A stretch of 64,000 nucleotides of DNA, from the NCBI RefSeq assembly GCF_963517995.1, contig NZ_CAUQHQ010000001.1, positions 583 through 64,582 on the forward strand, read 5' to 3'. This DNA is from an uncultured Campylobacter sp. Its GTDB lineage: Bacteria > Campylobacterota > Campylobacteria > Campylobacterales > Campylobacteraceae. Made by a program: the position numbers and the translations under genes. Shown here in pieces: positions 39,571-49,737 of this stretch. Every line of letters starts with the position of its first letter. The first letter of the stretch is position 1. A model generated the notes under the pieces. It saw nothing but the letters and a program-made list of their open reading frames with translations, did not search any database and was not told the DNA's origin.

Positions 39571-40509
39571 TTACAGGCTCTTTGCGAAAATTTGCGCCGT
39601 TTTGCGTAGCTCGGCGTCCCAATCAAGCGGCAGCTGATCGATCTCTACGACGCTAGCGCCGCTTTCTTTAGCGACGGTTTGAGCAGCTTTTTTAGAAAAC
39701 TGCGGAGCGACGAAAATGACCTTCACGCCGTGCTCTTTTGCTTCCTCGATGAGCTCTTTTAGCTGGGCGGGTTTTGGCTCCTTGCCCTCTACTTCGATCG
39801 CGATTTGCTCTAGATCGTAGCGCTTAGCAAAGTAGCCCCAAGACGGGTGATATACGATAAATTCGCGGTTTTTGACGTTTGCTAGAGTGCTTTTGATAAA
39901 TCCGTCAAGCTCGTCAAGCTTAGCTTCAAATTTGGCCAAATTTGCCTCAAAAAGCGCCTTGTTCTCAGGATATTTTTCGATTAGCGCGTCGGCGATGTTT
40001 TTAGCTTGGACTTTTACGGAAACGGGATCTAGCCAGATGTGCGGGTCAAATTCGCCGTGGTGATGCTCGTGATCGTGGTGATCGTGGCCTGCGTGTTCGT
40101 GTTTATGCTCGTGGTCTGCATCGTGGCTTGCGTGTTCGTGCTTGGCGTCGTGGTGATGATCGTGTTCGCCGTGTTCGTGATGGCCTTCAAATTTGATCTT
40201 TTCCACGCCCGCGTCGGTTTTTACGATTTTGAGATTTGGATAGGATTTTTGAAATTTCGGCAGCCAAGCCTCCTCAAACTCTATCCCGATAGCAAAATAA
40301 AGGTCGCTTTTTTCAAGCGCGGTCATTTGCTTGGGTTTTGGTTCGTACGTGTGCGGATCGGCTCCTTTGCCCACCATCACGTTTACCTCGACGGCCTCGC
40401 CCGCGATTTGCTTGACGAAATACTCCTGCGGCAAAATACTGACGCTAACTTGCCCTTTGGCGTAGAGCGCGACTAAGCCCAAACATAAAAACGCGAAAAT
40501 TTTTCTCAT
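39571..40509 (-). CDS. znuA: Zinc ABC transporter substrate-binding protein with His-rich loop
   Basis: DPHTYEP, long His-rich insert, DPHIWLDP, HPSWGYF; ATG 40509 with RBS. Confidence 0.94.
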   Translation of the reverse strand: MRKIFAFLCLGLVALYAKGQVSVSILPQEYFVKQIAGEAVEVNVMVGKGADPHTYEPKPKQMTALEKSDLYFAIGIEFEEAWLPKFQKSYPNLKIVKTDAGVEKIKFEGHHEHGEHDHHHDAKHEHASHDADHEHKHEHAGHDHHDHEHHHGEFDPHIWLDPVSVKVQAKNIADALIEKYPENKALFEANLAKFEAKLDELDGFIKSTLANVKNREFIVYHPSWGYFAKRYDLEQIAIEVEGKEPKPAQLKELIEEAKEHGVKVIFVAPQFSKKAAQTVAKESGASVVEIDQLPLDWDAELRKTAQIFAKSL

Positions 40510-40553
40510 TTTTATCCTTTCCATGTTAAAATTTGGGCGAAATTATATCAAAA

Positions 40554-40566
40554 GCAACTTAGTTGC
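40554..40566. promoter_or_regulatory. Putative Zur operator
   Basis: Perfect palindrome GCAACT-T-AGTTGC between divergent znuA and the Fur-family gene. Confidence 0.7.
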
Positions 40567-40621
40567 AAATTAATTTTTCTCAAGGTATAATACCCTAAAA
40601 TTCTTAACGCGGAGGAAAAAT

Positions 40622-40996
40622 ATGGGCGAAAATTTGGAAGAAAAAGCCGGTTTTGAGGAGCTTTTAACGAAAAATGATATCAAAATCACTCCGCTTAGAC
40701 TCGAGATTTTACGCATTTTACGCGCCGCCGCCGCGCCGCTTAGCTATGATGAAATTTTAGCCCAAATAGGCGCAAACAAAACCACGTTTTACCGCTGCAT
40801 GGACCTTTTTGAGGCTAAGGGCATCGTGCTAAAAAGCGAAAATAACCGCAAAAACTTCTACGAGCTTGAAAGCGGAGCAAAGGCGTATTTTGTCTGCGAC
40901 GTCTGCCACAAGATGACTAATATCGACATGCCGCGCCTAAAACAAAATCACGTCAAAAGCGTCGTAGTTAAGGGCGTTTGTGACGACTGCTTTTAA
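40622..40996 (+). CDS. Fur family regulator, probably Zur
   Basis: KITPLRLEIL, TTFYR, CDVC...GVCDDC; divergent from the znu operon. Confidence 0.85.
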   Translation: MGENLEEKAGFEELLTKNDIKITPLRLEILRILRAAAAPLSYDEILAQIGANKTTFYRCMDLFEAKGIVLKSENNRKNFYELESGAKAYFVCDVCHKMTNIDMPRLKQNHVKSVVVKGVCDDCF

Positions 40997-41129
40997 AATT
41001 TGCGCTTTAAATTTGGCGATAAATTCCGAACTCAAATTTGCTTACCGACATTAAATTTAAAAAACGACTTAGCGAGCAAATTTTACCGCTAATTTATAAA
41101 ACCGCAGTCTGCTAAATTTAAAGCGGTTA

Positions 41130-41162
41130 CCGCGTCAAATTTAAAAATCAAATTTGACGCGG
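41130..41162. terminator. Hairpin between convergent genes, arms built on AAATTT
   Basis: CCGCGTCAAATTT-aaaaatc-AAATTTGACGCGG. Confidence 0.6.
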
Positions 41163-41174
41163 GCGATTTAAAAA

Positions 41175-41570
41175 CTAATCATCGTAAAGCTTTGCGATCT
41201 CCGACGGTATCGCGATCGGACGACCGCGCGTAAGATCATAAAATACGTAAGTCGTCACCGCGCTGGCGACCATAGCGCCGTCCTTGCTAAACTCGTAAAA
41301 ACGCTTCGAGCAGCTTCTTTTTTCGGGCTGCGTCCAGGTTTTCACGCGCACCTTATCGCCCAAAAATAGCTGCCCCAGATAGTCTATCTCGTGCCTGCGC
41401 ACCATCCACGTGCGGTTTTGCGCGAGATTGGTCTCTATAAGGTCGCCCACGGCGTTTGAGTGGGCGCTAGCGGCTTCTTGCATCCAGATGACGTAATGAG
41501 CGTTGTTTGCGTGATGATTCACGTCGATGGCGTCCTCGCCCACGATAAATTCGTAATAAAAAATTTTCAT
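41175..41570 (-). CDS. Acyl-CoA/acyl-ACP thioesterase (hotdog fold)
   Basis: IDVNHHANNAHYVIWMQE, VRRHEIDY. Confidence 0.9.
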   Translation of the reverse strand: MKIFYYEFIVGEDAIDVNHHANNAHYVIWMQEAASAHSNAVGDLIETNLAQNRTWMVRRHEIDYLGQLFLGDKVRVKTWTQPEKRSCSKRFYEFSKDGAMVASAVTTYVFYDLTRGRPIAIPSEIAKLYDD

Positions 41571-41621
41571 TTTCGCTCCTAAAAACGCTAAAATTGTAGC
41601 AAAAATTTAAAGGCAAACAAA

Positions 41622-42341
41622 ATGAAAGAGATGTGGGACAAAAAGGCGTCAAGCTATACGAGATTTATGGGCGAGCCTAGCGTTTTTCATAGAGGGCTTT
41701 ACGCTAAGATCGCCGAGTTTGGCGTCAAATTTGAGGGCAAAAGCGTCGTGGATATCGGCTGCGGCACGGGCGTACATACGCTGCATTTAGCGCAAATTTG
41801 CCGCGAGATAACCGGCATGGATATCTCAGGCGAGATGCTAAAAGTCATGCTAGAAGACGCTGCTAAATTTAATATTTCAAATTTAACCGCCGTTCAAAGC
41901 GATTTTAAAAACTTTAATCCAAGCCGCGTTTACGACGTGGCTTTTAGCACGATGAGCCCTGCGATCGCGGACGAGGAGGATTTTAGTAAATTTATAAATT
42001 TGGGCGAAAAAAGGGTCTATCTTTGGTGGAATAAACCGCGAAATTCAAGCGTTTTGGAGCTTTTTTACGAAGGATCCGAGAAGCGATGCTTTAAAGAAAA
42101 GGCAAATTTCTTTGAAGAGTACTTGCGCCTAGAAAATATCGCCTTTAACTCCTGCGTGCTCGAGGAGTCTCGCGAGCAAAAACGCACGCTTGAAGAGATG
42201 ACGCAAAACGCGCTTTGGCATTTACAGATCGCAAATTTCGCGCACGATGAAAATGCGGTCAGATCGCGGCTAGAAAGCATCGCGAAAGACGGCCTCGTGA
42301 CGGAAAAAATCATCTCTTCAATGAAGCTTTTGGTTTTTTAA
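41622..42341 (+). CDS. Class I SAM-dependent methyltransferase
   Basis: VVDIGCGTG, MDISGEML. Confidence 0.9.
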   Translation: MKEMWDKKASSYTRFMGEPSVFHRGLYAKIAEFGVKFEGKSVVDIGCGTGVHTLHLAQICREITGMDISGEMLKVMLEDAAKFNISNLTAVQSDFKNFNPSRVYDVAFSTMSPAIADEEDFSKFINLGEKRVYLWWNKPRNSSVLELFYEGSEKRCFKEKANFFEEYLRLENIAFNSCVLEESREQKRTLEEMTQNALWHLQIANFAHDENAVRSRLESIAKDGLVTEKIISSMKLLVF

Positions 42342-42384
42342 GATATAATCGCTTTATTTATTTAAAATTTAAAAAGGATTTTAG

Positions 42385-43260
42385 TTGCCGCGAGCGTTTT
42401 TGCCGATATTTTTTTGCATTTTGCCTTTTTTTTGCGCCGAGGTTTTCGCATCCTCGCTAAGTCCGGCGGCACCGCTTAAATACGACGACGAAAAGGCGCG
42501 GCTAGGCAAAAAGCTCTTTTTTGACGCGTCGCTAAGCCCCGGCGGCACGGTATCTTGCGAGAAATGCCACAACCTTTACTGGGAGCTAAGCGGCACGAGC
42601 AAAAAAAACCTAAAAATCTCCGCCGACAAAGAAGCCAGCCCGCCTACGGCGCTAAATTCGGCGCTAAATTTTATATTTTTTAAAGACGGCCGCGTAAAAG
42701 ATATAAAAGATCAGGTAAAACAGAGTCTAACCGGCAAAGAGCAGTTGGGCGAGGAGCCCAAAAAACTAGAAGAAAAGGTCGGTCTAAACGCGGTTTATAA
42801 AAAAGAGTTCGAGCGGCTTTACCCGGGCGGCGTAAGCTTTGAAAACATCGCCGACGCGCTGGTAAATTTCGAAAAAGCCCTCGTCACGCCAAACGCCAAA
42901 TTCGACAAATTTATCGGCGGCGACGAAGACGCGCTGGATGCGGAGCAAAAACGCGGGTTTGAGCTATTTAAAAAAATCGGCTGTATAAACTGCCACGGCG
43001 GGGTCAATCTAGGCGCTAATATCTACTACGAGCTAAGCTCCAGCGATAAAGGCAAACAGGTTCGCTACAAAGTGCCTAGCCTAAGAAATATCGAAAAGAC
43101 CGCGCCCTATCTTTATAGCGGCGAGATAGCGGATCTAAAAGACGCGATAAAATTTATCGCCAAAGAGCGTATCGGCTATGAGTTAAGCGACGAGCAGACA
43201 AGGTTGCTTTATAAATTTTTGCTTGCTTTAAGCGGCGAACGACCGGAAATTTTAAAATGA
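42385..43260 (+). CDS. Di-heme cytochrome c peroxidase-like protein (divergent)
   Basis: LGKKLFFDASLS, two CxxCH (CEKCH, CINCH), YKVPSLRNI; signal peptide. Confidence 0.85.
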   Translation: MPRAFLPIFFCILPFFCAEVFASSLSPAAPLKYDDEKARLGKKLFFDASLSPGGTVSCEKCHNLYWELSGTSKKNLKISADKEASPPTALNSALNFIFFKDGRVKDIKDQVKQSLTGKEQLGEEPKKLEEKVGLNAVYKKEFERLYPGGVSFENIADALVNFEKALVTPNAKFDKFIGGDEDALDAEQKRGFELFKKIGCINCHGGVNLGANIYYELSSSDKGKQVRYKVPSLRNIEKTAPYLYSGEIADLKDAIKFIAKERIGYELSDEQTRLLYKFLLALSGERPEILK

Positions 43261-45689
43261 AACACAAGATAATCTTTCACAAAATTTTACTTTTCATCAT
43301 CGCTTGCATCGCGTTTTTCGGCACGGTGATGACGCAAAAAGCCACCAAAGACGTAATCAAAGCCTACGAATACAAAGGCGCGATAGAAAACATGATAGAC
43401 TCCGACGACGAGATAGACTTTGCGCTAAAAAGGACGTTTTTGCAGGCTGATTACGATGCGACGATGAGATATGCGGCCAGTCTTAAAAACGATTTGTTAA
43501 ATTTAAGCTCCGGCAAGCTGGCATCGTTTGAGCGGCTAGCTATCGGCGAGGGAGCGGTAAACGAGATACGAGAAACGTTTGATCAAAAAAGCGAGCTAAT
43601 CGATAAATTTAACTCTCTTAGCGCTCTGGCAAAGCTTGGTTTTGAAGAAACGATGCTGAAATTTAGCTCTTTAAACGACTCGCGTTTTAGCGAACTGCTG
43701 CCTAAAATTTTGCTGATTAGATACGGTATAAACGCCGATATAAACGGCGCTAAAGAGCTGCTAAAAAGCTATGAAAGCCTAAATTTAAACGAGCGCGAGA
43801 AAGATTTTTTACAAAGCGCGCAAAAGCTGCTGCAGCGCTACGAGGAAGCAGACCGGACGCTAGCTAGCATACAAGACCTAAATCTAAGCAAAAAGCTATA
43901 CGAGCTAAGAAGCAAAAACGATGCCTACGTAGAGCGCGTGACGTCGAATTTACGCGGCACGACGATTTTCGTGTTCGTACTTTTCGGGATTACGGCGGCG
44001 TTTATTTATCTATCGTATATTAGGGCTAGAAACAACATCAGACTGCTAAATCGCTTCGAACAAGCCGTGGATAACAGCTTTAACTCCATCGCTTTTACCG
44101 ATCTAAATAAGCAAGTCAGATACGTAAATAAAATTTTCGAGCAAAACTCGGGTTATAAATTTGAAGAGATAAGCGGCAAAAATATAAATTTACTAAAATC
44201 TGGCTTACATCCGCAAGAGTTTTATCAAAGAATGATAGACGCGATAGAAAACGATAATATCTGGCGCGCTGATGAGCTAATCAGCAAAACCAAAAGCGGT
44301 AAATTAATACGCGAGCAGGTCGTTTTCTCGCCGCTTTTTAACGAAAAAGGCTACAAAGACGGCTACATGGCGATCAAATTCGATAGAACCAAAGAGATAG
44401 CGATAACAAAAGAGCTCGAAGATAAAAACAAGCAGCTGCAAAACGAAGCCCTCATAGACAAGCTAACTGGATTTGGCAGCTATTTCGCGCTCACGCAGCG
44501 CATGGAGCGCCATCCTAGCGGGATGATAATCTACATAAACATAAACAATTTTATGGATTTTAGATTTTTTTACAAGACCAAAACCGTAGACCTTATCATC
44601 GCCTCGTTTGCCTCTACGCTAAAGCTTTGTATTGATACTTACGCGATGGACGCGGATATCTACAGAGTGCAGTTTGACGAATTTTGCATCTGGTATAACG
44701 GCGAGGACGCAAACAGGGACGCTAAGCGATTCGTAGATTATTTCAAAACGCAAAATCTCTACGTAACCGTAGACGGCGAGCGCGAATCCATACCTAACAT
44801 AAAAATAACCTTAGGCGTCAGTATGCCTCAAGACACAGTGCAGACAAATCGCCTAACTCAAGCCATGCTAGCCCACCACGAAGCCGTGCAAAGGGGCGAG
44901 GCGGCGCAGTTTTATACCGAAAACAGCTACATCGAGCAGCAGTATTACCACAACCAAATCATGTCGCGCACTATCGAGAGCGCACTATATAACGACACCG
45001 TTATCGTCGAGTGTCAGCCTATCTACGACGTATCCGGCCAAAGCGCGCGGATAAAATACTACGAAGTGCTCGTGCGCCTCATCGACGAAAACGGCAAGAT
45101 ACGCTATCCTGGCGAATTTCTTGATATCGCAAAGAAAATTTCGCTTTATAACGACATCACAAAAAAGGTCATCGAACACGTCTTTAGACTGGTCGAGAGA
45201 TTTGAAAACGTGGGTTTTTCGATGAATCTTTCAAGTAGCGATATCACAAACGAGAGCATAAGAGAACTCATTGAGAAAAAACTACGCGTATGCTCTAGCC
45301 CCGAGCGCGTGTATTTTGAGATATTAGAGAGCGAAGGCGTGGACGATTATAATATCGTAAACGATTTCATCAACAAGGTCCGCGCCTACGACTGCAAAAT
45401 CTCGATCGATGATTTCGGTAGCGGCTACTCTAACTACTACCGTATCTTGGAGCTTGATATCGACACGATCAAGATCGACGGCTCGATTATCAAAAAATTA
45501 CCGTTTGATCAAAACGCCCGCTACTTGCTGCAAACCATCATCGACTTTGCCGCAAGACAGGACTACAACGTCGTGGCGGAGTTTGTTAGCTCAGAAGAGA
45601 TCCTTGCAGAAATAAAAAAATTCGGTATCAAATACGCGCAGGGATTTTTGCTAGGCAAACCGATGCTGCCGGATAACATAAAAGAGTAA
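43257..45689 (+). CDS. Membrane sensor: periplasmic helical domain, PAS, degenerate GGDEF, EAL phosphodiesterase
   Basis: Two TMs; PAS (YVNKIFEQNSGY); RVQFDEF at the GGDEF position; EVLVR, EILESE, DDFGSGYS, KIDG, AEFV, QGF. Confidence 0.92.
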   Translation: MKHKIIFHKILLFIIACIAFFGTVMTQKATKDVIKAYEYKGAIENMIDSDDEIDFALKRTFLQADYDATMRYAASLKNDLLNLSSGKLASFERLAIGEGAVNEIRETFDQKSELIDKFNSLSALAKLGFEETMLKFSSLNDSRFSELLPKILLIRYGINADINGAKELLKSYESLNLNEREKDFLQSAQKLLQRYEEADRTLASIQDLNLSKKLYELRSKNDAYVERVTSNLRGTTIFVFVLFGITAAFIYLSYIRARNNIRLLNRFEQAVDNSFNSIAFTDLNKQVRYVNKIFEQNSGYKFEEISGKNINLLKSGLHPQEFYQRMIDAIENDNIWRADELISKTKSGKLIREQVVFSPLFNEKGYKDGYMAIKFDRTKEIAITKELEDKNKQLQNEALIDKLTGFGSYFALTQRMERHPSGMIIYININNFMDFRFFYKTKTVDLIIASFASTLKLCIDTYAMDADIYRVQFDEFCIWYNGEDANRDAKRFVDYFKTQNLYVTVDGERESIPNIKITLGVSMPQDTVQTNRLTQAMLAHHEAVQRGEAAQFYTENSYIEQQYYHNQIMSRTIESALYNDTVIVECQPIYDVSGQSARIKYYEVLVRLIDENGKIRYPGEFLDIAKKISLYNDITKKVIEHVFRLVERFENVGFSMNLSSSDITNESIRELIEKKLRVCSSPERVYFEILESEGVDDYNIVNDFINKVRAYDCKISIDDFGSGYSNYYRILELDIDTIKIDGSIIKKLPFDQNARYLLQTIIDFAARQDYNVVAEFVSSEEILAEIKKFGIKYAQGFLLGKPMLPDNIKE

Positions 45690-46182
45690 ATTTTCGTGCG
45701 GCGGCTATACCGCGTTAAATTTGACGGCGGAGTGCGTATAAGCGGGGTAAATTTACTAAGCAAATTTAACCTTGGTTTGTTATGCTAGCTTTTTACGCTA
45801 AAACGCCGGGACGTCTGGATGCGCTAGTTTGATGCTACCTTGGCGGTATTTTTGGGATTTTTAAAATTTGCTTTTTAGCATTAAATTTACGCGGCTTGCG
45901 TCCGTTAAATTTAGCTCGTCTTAGCCAAATTTGTCCGCTCAAATTTGACTAATCCCGCATCCAAACCGCCAAAAATCCGAGTAAAACTATAACTAAAAAC
46001 AATCCCGCCTGAAAATAAAAATTCTTTTTTAAATTTTCGTTTATCAGAGAGCAAAGCTCGGAGATAAAGATGTATAGCTCGCTCACGCATGTCCTTTGGT
46101 CTCAAATTTTACGTCAAATTTGCCGCTTTTGCCTAGCCAAATTTGAGCGAGGCGACGAAAAACCGCTCAAATTTAGCTTGGA

Positions 46183-46728
46183 TTATAAATTTGAGCTTAG
46201 CTCGTCTTTAAATTTCCTTTTAACAAAAACGGCGCAAACCGCAAGCGAAACCGCAGTCAAAGCGTAAAATACATAGCTAAAAATAGGATTTGCGCGCGTT
46301 TCGCCATCTTTTAGCTTTTTTACCGAAACGGCGTTTCTAAACATATCTAGCACCGCGATACGCCAGCCGTAGTATTTGATCTGCGCCCTGCCTTCGCCCA
46401 CTAGACTCTGGGCGGCGGCTTGGACATCGGCGGAGTTAAATTTAAAATAAAGCGGCAAGCCCCAGCCCGTGTCCTCGTTTCGATACGGCATCACTTTCGT
46501 GCCGTTAATTTCGCGCGTGTAGATAAAATACACGTCGCGCGTCGGGCCGTCAGCGGGATTTTGCGCGTCGATAAAGCCGTCTTTGTCCATGCGCTTGACC
46601 TCGCCGCCCGTGATGATCGCTTCGTCGTAGTGCGGAAAAGCGTAGTTTATCGCCGCAAACGCCGTAACGTGCAGGGCAATCAAGAAGCCAAAGATAAAAT
46701 TTCGGAGATATTTTTTAAATTTTTGCAT
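46183..46728 (-). CDS. DUF1523 family membrane protein
   Basis: TRDVYFI, YRNEDTGWGLPLYFKFNSADVQA, YYGWRI. Confidence 0.88.
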   Translation of the reverse strand: MQKFKKYLRNFIFGFLIALHVTAFAAINYAFPHYDEAIITGGEVKRMDKDGFIDAQNPADGPTRDVYFIYTREINGTKVMPYRNEDTGWGLPLYFKFNSADVQAAAQSLVGEGRAQIKYYGWRIAVLDMFRNAVSVKKLKDGETRANPIFSYVFYALTAVSLAVCAVFVKRKFKDELSSNL

Positions 46729-46774
46729 TTTCGTCCTTTGGGACGAATTTTACAAGATAGAAGTTTAGAAGAAG

Positions 46775-46799
46775 CTAAGCCCCTAAAATAGGGGCTTAG
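46775..46799 (-). terminator. Intrinsic terminator after norZ
   Basis: CTAAGCCCCTA-aaa-TAGGGGCTTAG. Confidence 0.75.
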
Positions 46800-46804
46800 A
46801 GGGA

Positions 46805-49051
46805 TTAGGCTTTGGCCTTGCAGCCGCAGCTTCCCGCGATAAATTTAAGAATCTGGATAAAGAAGCAAATGCCGCCGATGATGAAGATCGTATCGCCGAT
46901 CATCCTTAGCCAGCGTAAATTTTGCAAATGATCCATCTGTAAAAACTCCGCGCTTCTAGCGTACCACATGCCCACGTCTATCGCGGCGACGGCCTGATAA
47001 AGACCGATCGGAAGCAGCGACGCTAAAATCATCAGCATTAGTCCCGCATTTAGCGACCAAAAGCCTACTTTCATCAGCTTGTCGTTAAATTCTTGCCCTT
47101 TGAAAAGGTAAAGCGCCACGAGCCAAACAAAACCTAGCGCCAAAAATCCGTAAACGCCAAACAGCGCCGCATGTCCGTGCACCGAAGTGGTGTTTAGACC
47201 CTGGATGTAGAATAAAAATAACGGCGGGTTGATAAGGAAGCCAAACACGCCCGCGCCCAGCATATTCCAAAACGCCACCGCGATAAAGCAGTAAAGCGGC
47301 CATTTGAGATTTTTCGCCCAGCTTTGCGCGAACTGAAGCGAATACTGATGAAAGGCCTCGGCTCCAAGAAGCACCAAAGGCACGACCTCAAGCGCAGAAA
47401 AGCTAGCGCCCACCGCCATGATCGGAGTAGTCGTTCCGGCAAAATAAAGGTGGTGGAAGGTGCCCGGGATGCCGCCGATCAAAAATAAGCTCGCGCTCGC
47501 TAGAGTCGAATAGGTCGCAAATTTTTTACCAACTAAGCCTAAAGATGCAAACACGAACGCAAGCGAAGCGGTCGCAAACACCTCGAAAAAGCCCTCGACC
47601 CAAAGGTGAACGACCCACCAGCGCCAGTATTCCATCACCGGTAGCGGACTTCTTTGTCCGTAAAATAGTCCCGCGCCGTAGAAAAGTCCCACCGCGATAG
47701 CAGAAGCCGTAAAGATAGCTAGCAGGTTTTTATCGCCGTCAGCCTTAAATCCGCCGACGAATCCGCGAAGCACGAGCGCCATCCAGATAACAAGACCGAC
47801 AAACAAAATAAGCTGCCAAACCCTGCCAAGCTCGATATACTCGTATCCTTGGTGACCGAGCCAAAAGCTAGTAGACGTTTCCATCTTACCCGCTATCGCC
47901 ATGTACTCGCCGATAAAGCTACCCACGACTAGGAAAAGCAGCGCGTAAAATAGCAAATCCACGCCTAGTTTTTGAAATTTAGGATCCTTACCGCCGTTGA
48001 TGATAGGCGCTAGGAAAAGTCCGGCCGCCAAAAAGCCCGTCGCGATCCAGAAAATGCTCGCTTGGATATGCCAAGTGCGCGCCAAAGAGTACGGTATGTG
48101 CTCGGATAAATTTATACCGTAAAACTCCTGTCCCTCGACCGTGTAGTGCGCCACGAAGCCGCCTATCATGATCTGGAAAACAAATAGCGCGAGTGCTACG
48201 AAAAGGTATTTGCCAAGCGCCTTTTGAGACGGAGTCAAATTTAGCTTTGAAAGCGGATCGGCATCGATAGGAGCGAGTTTCTCGTGATCTTTTTCGCCGT
48301 AGAAATTTGAAAACCAAACTAGTAAGCCAACTCCCGCAACCAAAATCGTGACGCTAATAATCGTCCAAAATACGTTTTCTTGCGTCGGAACGTTGTCGAT
48401 TAGCGGCTCGTGCGGCCAGTTGTTCGTGTACGTAGCTTCGCTATTTGGGCGATTCGTCGCCGTAGCCCAGGTCGCCCAGAAGAAGAAATCATTTAGCTGC
48501 TCGCGGTTTTCTTCTTTAGCCAGCGTGTTGTTTTTCATCGCGTAGTTTTCGCGTAGCTTCTGGTATTTCGGATCGTTGCCAAAAAGCCCGTTGTACTCGT
48601 CGCGCACTACTTTTGCCGCGGCGATCCTCTCGTCGCTGATCGTTATAACGCCGTTTTTTAGCGTATTCGTGCGGTATTCGCTCTTTGTTAGAGCCTTGAT
48701 GTTTGCTTGTTGCTCGGCGTTAAGAGCATTAAATTTAACTCCGTAAAGCTGATTTGCCTTTATATCCATAAACGCGACTAGCTCTTTATGCAGCCAATCA
48801 GCCGTCCAATCAGGCGCCTGATACGCCCCGTGTCCCCAGACCGAGCCCACTTGCATACCGCCGATGCTTTGCCAGGCCTCTTGACCTTTATAAATTTGCT
48901 CTTGCTCGACTATTATTTTGCCGTTTTTATCGGCAAAACTCACCACCGGCGGCGCTTCACGGTAAACCTCTACGCCGTAATAGCCGAGTATCCCGAAGGC
49001 GATAGTAACGACTGCTACCAGCGCCCACCAATACTTCTTGTATTCACGCAT
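46805..49051 (-). CDS. norZ: Quinol-dependent nitric oxide reductase (qNor)
   Basis: GSVWGHGAYQAPDWTADWLH, WWVVHLWVEGFFEVF, GTFHH, HGHAALFG. Confidence 0.95.
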   Translation of the reverse strand: MREYKKYWWALVAVVTIAFGILGYYGVEVYREAPPVVSFADKNGKIIVEQEQIYKGQEAWQSIGGMQVGSVWGHGAYQAPDWTADWLHKELVAFMDIKANQLYGVKFNALNAEQQANIKALTKSEYRTNTLKNGVITISDERIAAAKVVRDEYNGLFGNDPKYQKLRENYAMKNNTLAKEENREQLNDFFFWATWATATNRPNSEATYTNNWPHEPLIDNVPTQENVFWTIISVTILVAGVGLLVWFSNFYGEKDHEKLAPIDADPLSKLNLTPSQKALGKYLFVALALFVFQIMIGGFVAHYTVEGQEFYGINLSEHIPYSLARTWHIQASIFWIATGFLAAGLFLAPIINGGKDPKFQKLGVDLLFYALLFLVVGSFIGEYMAIAGKMETSTSFWLGHQGYEYIELGRVWQLILFVGLVIWMALVLRGFVGGFKADGDKNLLAIFTASAIAVGLFYGAGLFYGQRSPLPVMEYWRWWVVHLWVEGFFEVFATASLAFVFASLGLVGKKFATYSTLASASLFLIGGIPGTFHHLYFAGTTTPIMAVGASFSALEVVPLVLLGAEAFHQYSLQFAQSWAKNLKWPLYCFIAVAFWNMLGAGVFGFLINPPLFLFYIQGLNTTSVHGHAALFGVYGFLALGFVWLVALYLFKGQEFNDKLMKVGFWSLNAGLMLMILASLLPIGLYQAVAAIDVGMWYARSAEFLQMDHLQNLRWLRMIGDTIFIIGGICFFIQILKFIAGSCGCKAKA

Positions 49052-49114
49052 ACTTTTCTCCTTTGTGATATGAAAATTCGGGCGATAGTTTATCCAAAAC
49101 GAGAATTTAATCGA

Positions 49115-49128
49115 ATGATTTGCGTCAA
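49115..49128 (-). promoter_or_regulatory. Crp/Fnr-family (NssR-like) box upstream of norZ
   Basis: Minus strand TTGAC-GCAA-ATCAT resembles TTGAT-N4-ATCAA; about 30 nt upstream of a TAAACT -10 (49086-49091), class II spacing. Confidence 0.6.
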
Positions 49129-49133
49129 TAAAA

Positions 49134-49149
49134 GGATAAAATCTGTCCT
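49134..49149. promoter_or_regulatory. Palindromic operator shared with the nifS upstream region
   Basis: GGATAAAATCTGTCCT, 14/16 identical to GGATAAAATATATCCT at nifS. Confidence 0.45.
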
Positions 49150-49206
49150 TAAAATATTGCTTATTTTAAAAATGTATAATTACGAAAATATATTTTGGGA
49201 GATTTT

Positions 49207-49737
49207 ATGCTTAAAGTCGAGATTATTTATAAATTTTGCCTGGTTTGCGCGCTGATTTTGGGGCTCAGTTTGCTCGCGTTTTCGGGACTAAATTTCGCGC
49301 TTGGAGAGTACGGCGAGTTTTGGATGAGCGCGCATAAATTTGCAGGCTTTTTGGTTGCGCTCGCAGCGCTTTTGCACGTGATAAATCGCAAGAAAAAGCT
49401 CATTAAGCTCTCAAACGAATTCATAGACGTCGTCACTCGCCGCAAAAATCCCAGCATGTGCAACATGGACCGCATTATCGCCTCGCTAGAGCCCTACACT
49501 ATCGCCCAAATCTCACAAAAACTGGGTTTTGATGAGACCGAGTTTTGCCGCACATTGCGCGAAAACGGCGTCAAATTTAGCGGTGCAGATCAAACCCTGC
49601 GCCAAATCGCTTCTTTAAACGACGAAAAGATATTTTTCGTGCTGGTTCTTATCGTCGAGGCGAAATTCGGCAAGAGATTTTGCGGCGAACTCAAATTTAA
49701 GGGCGCTAAATTTAACGGCGTCAAAAAAGCGGCTTAA
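49207..49737 (+). CDS. DUF4405-like membrane protein
   Basis: Two TMs with H...H (AHKFAG...LHVINR), soluble C-terminus; ATG 49207 with GGAG RBS. Confidence 0.65.
   Translation: MLKVEIIYKFCLVCALILGLSLLAFSGLNFALGEYGEFWMSAHKFAGFLVALAALLHVINRKKKLIKLSNEFIDVVTRRKNPSMCNMDRIIASLEPYTIAQISQKLGFDETEFCRTLRENGVKFSGADQTLRQIASLNDEKIFFVLVLIVEAKFGKRFCGELKFKGAKFNGVKKAA

Noticed and set aside
40055..40185. Repetitive CAC/GAT-rich DNA
   Set aside because: Encodes the ordinary His-rich loop of ZnuA.
45949..46101. Minus-strand frame ending in a TM-like peptide (…QAGLFLVIVLLGFLAVWMRD*)
   Set aside because: No convincing start or RBS and no recognisable family; possibly a remnant but unsupported.
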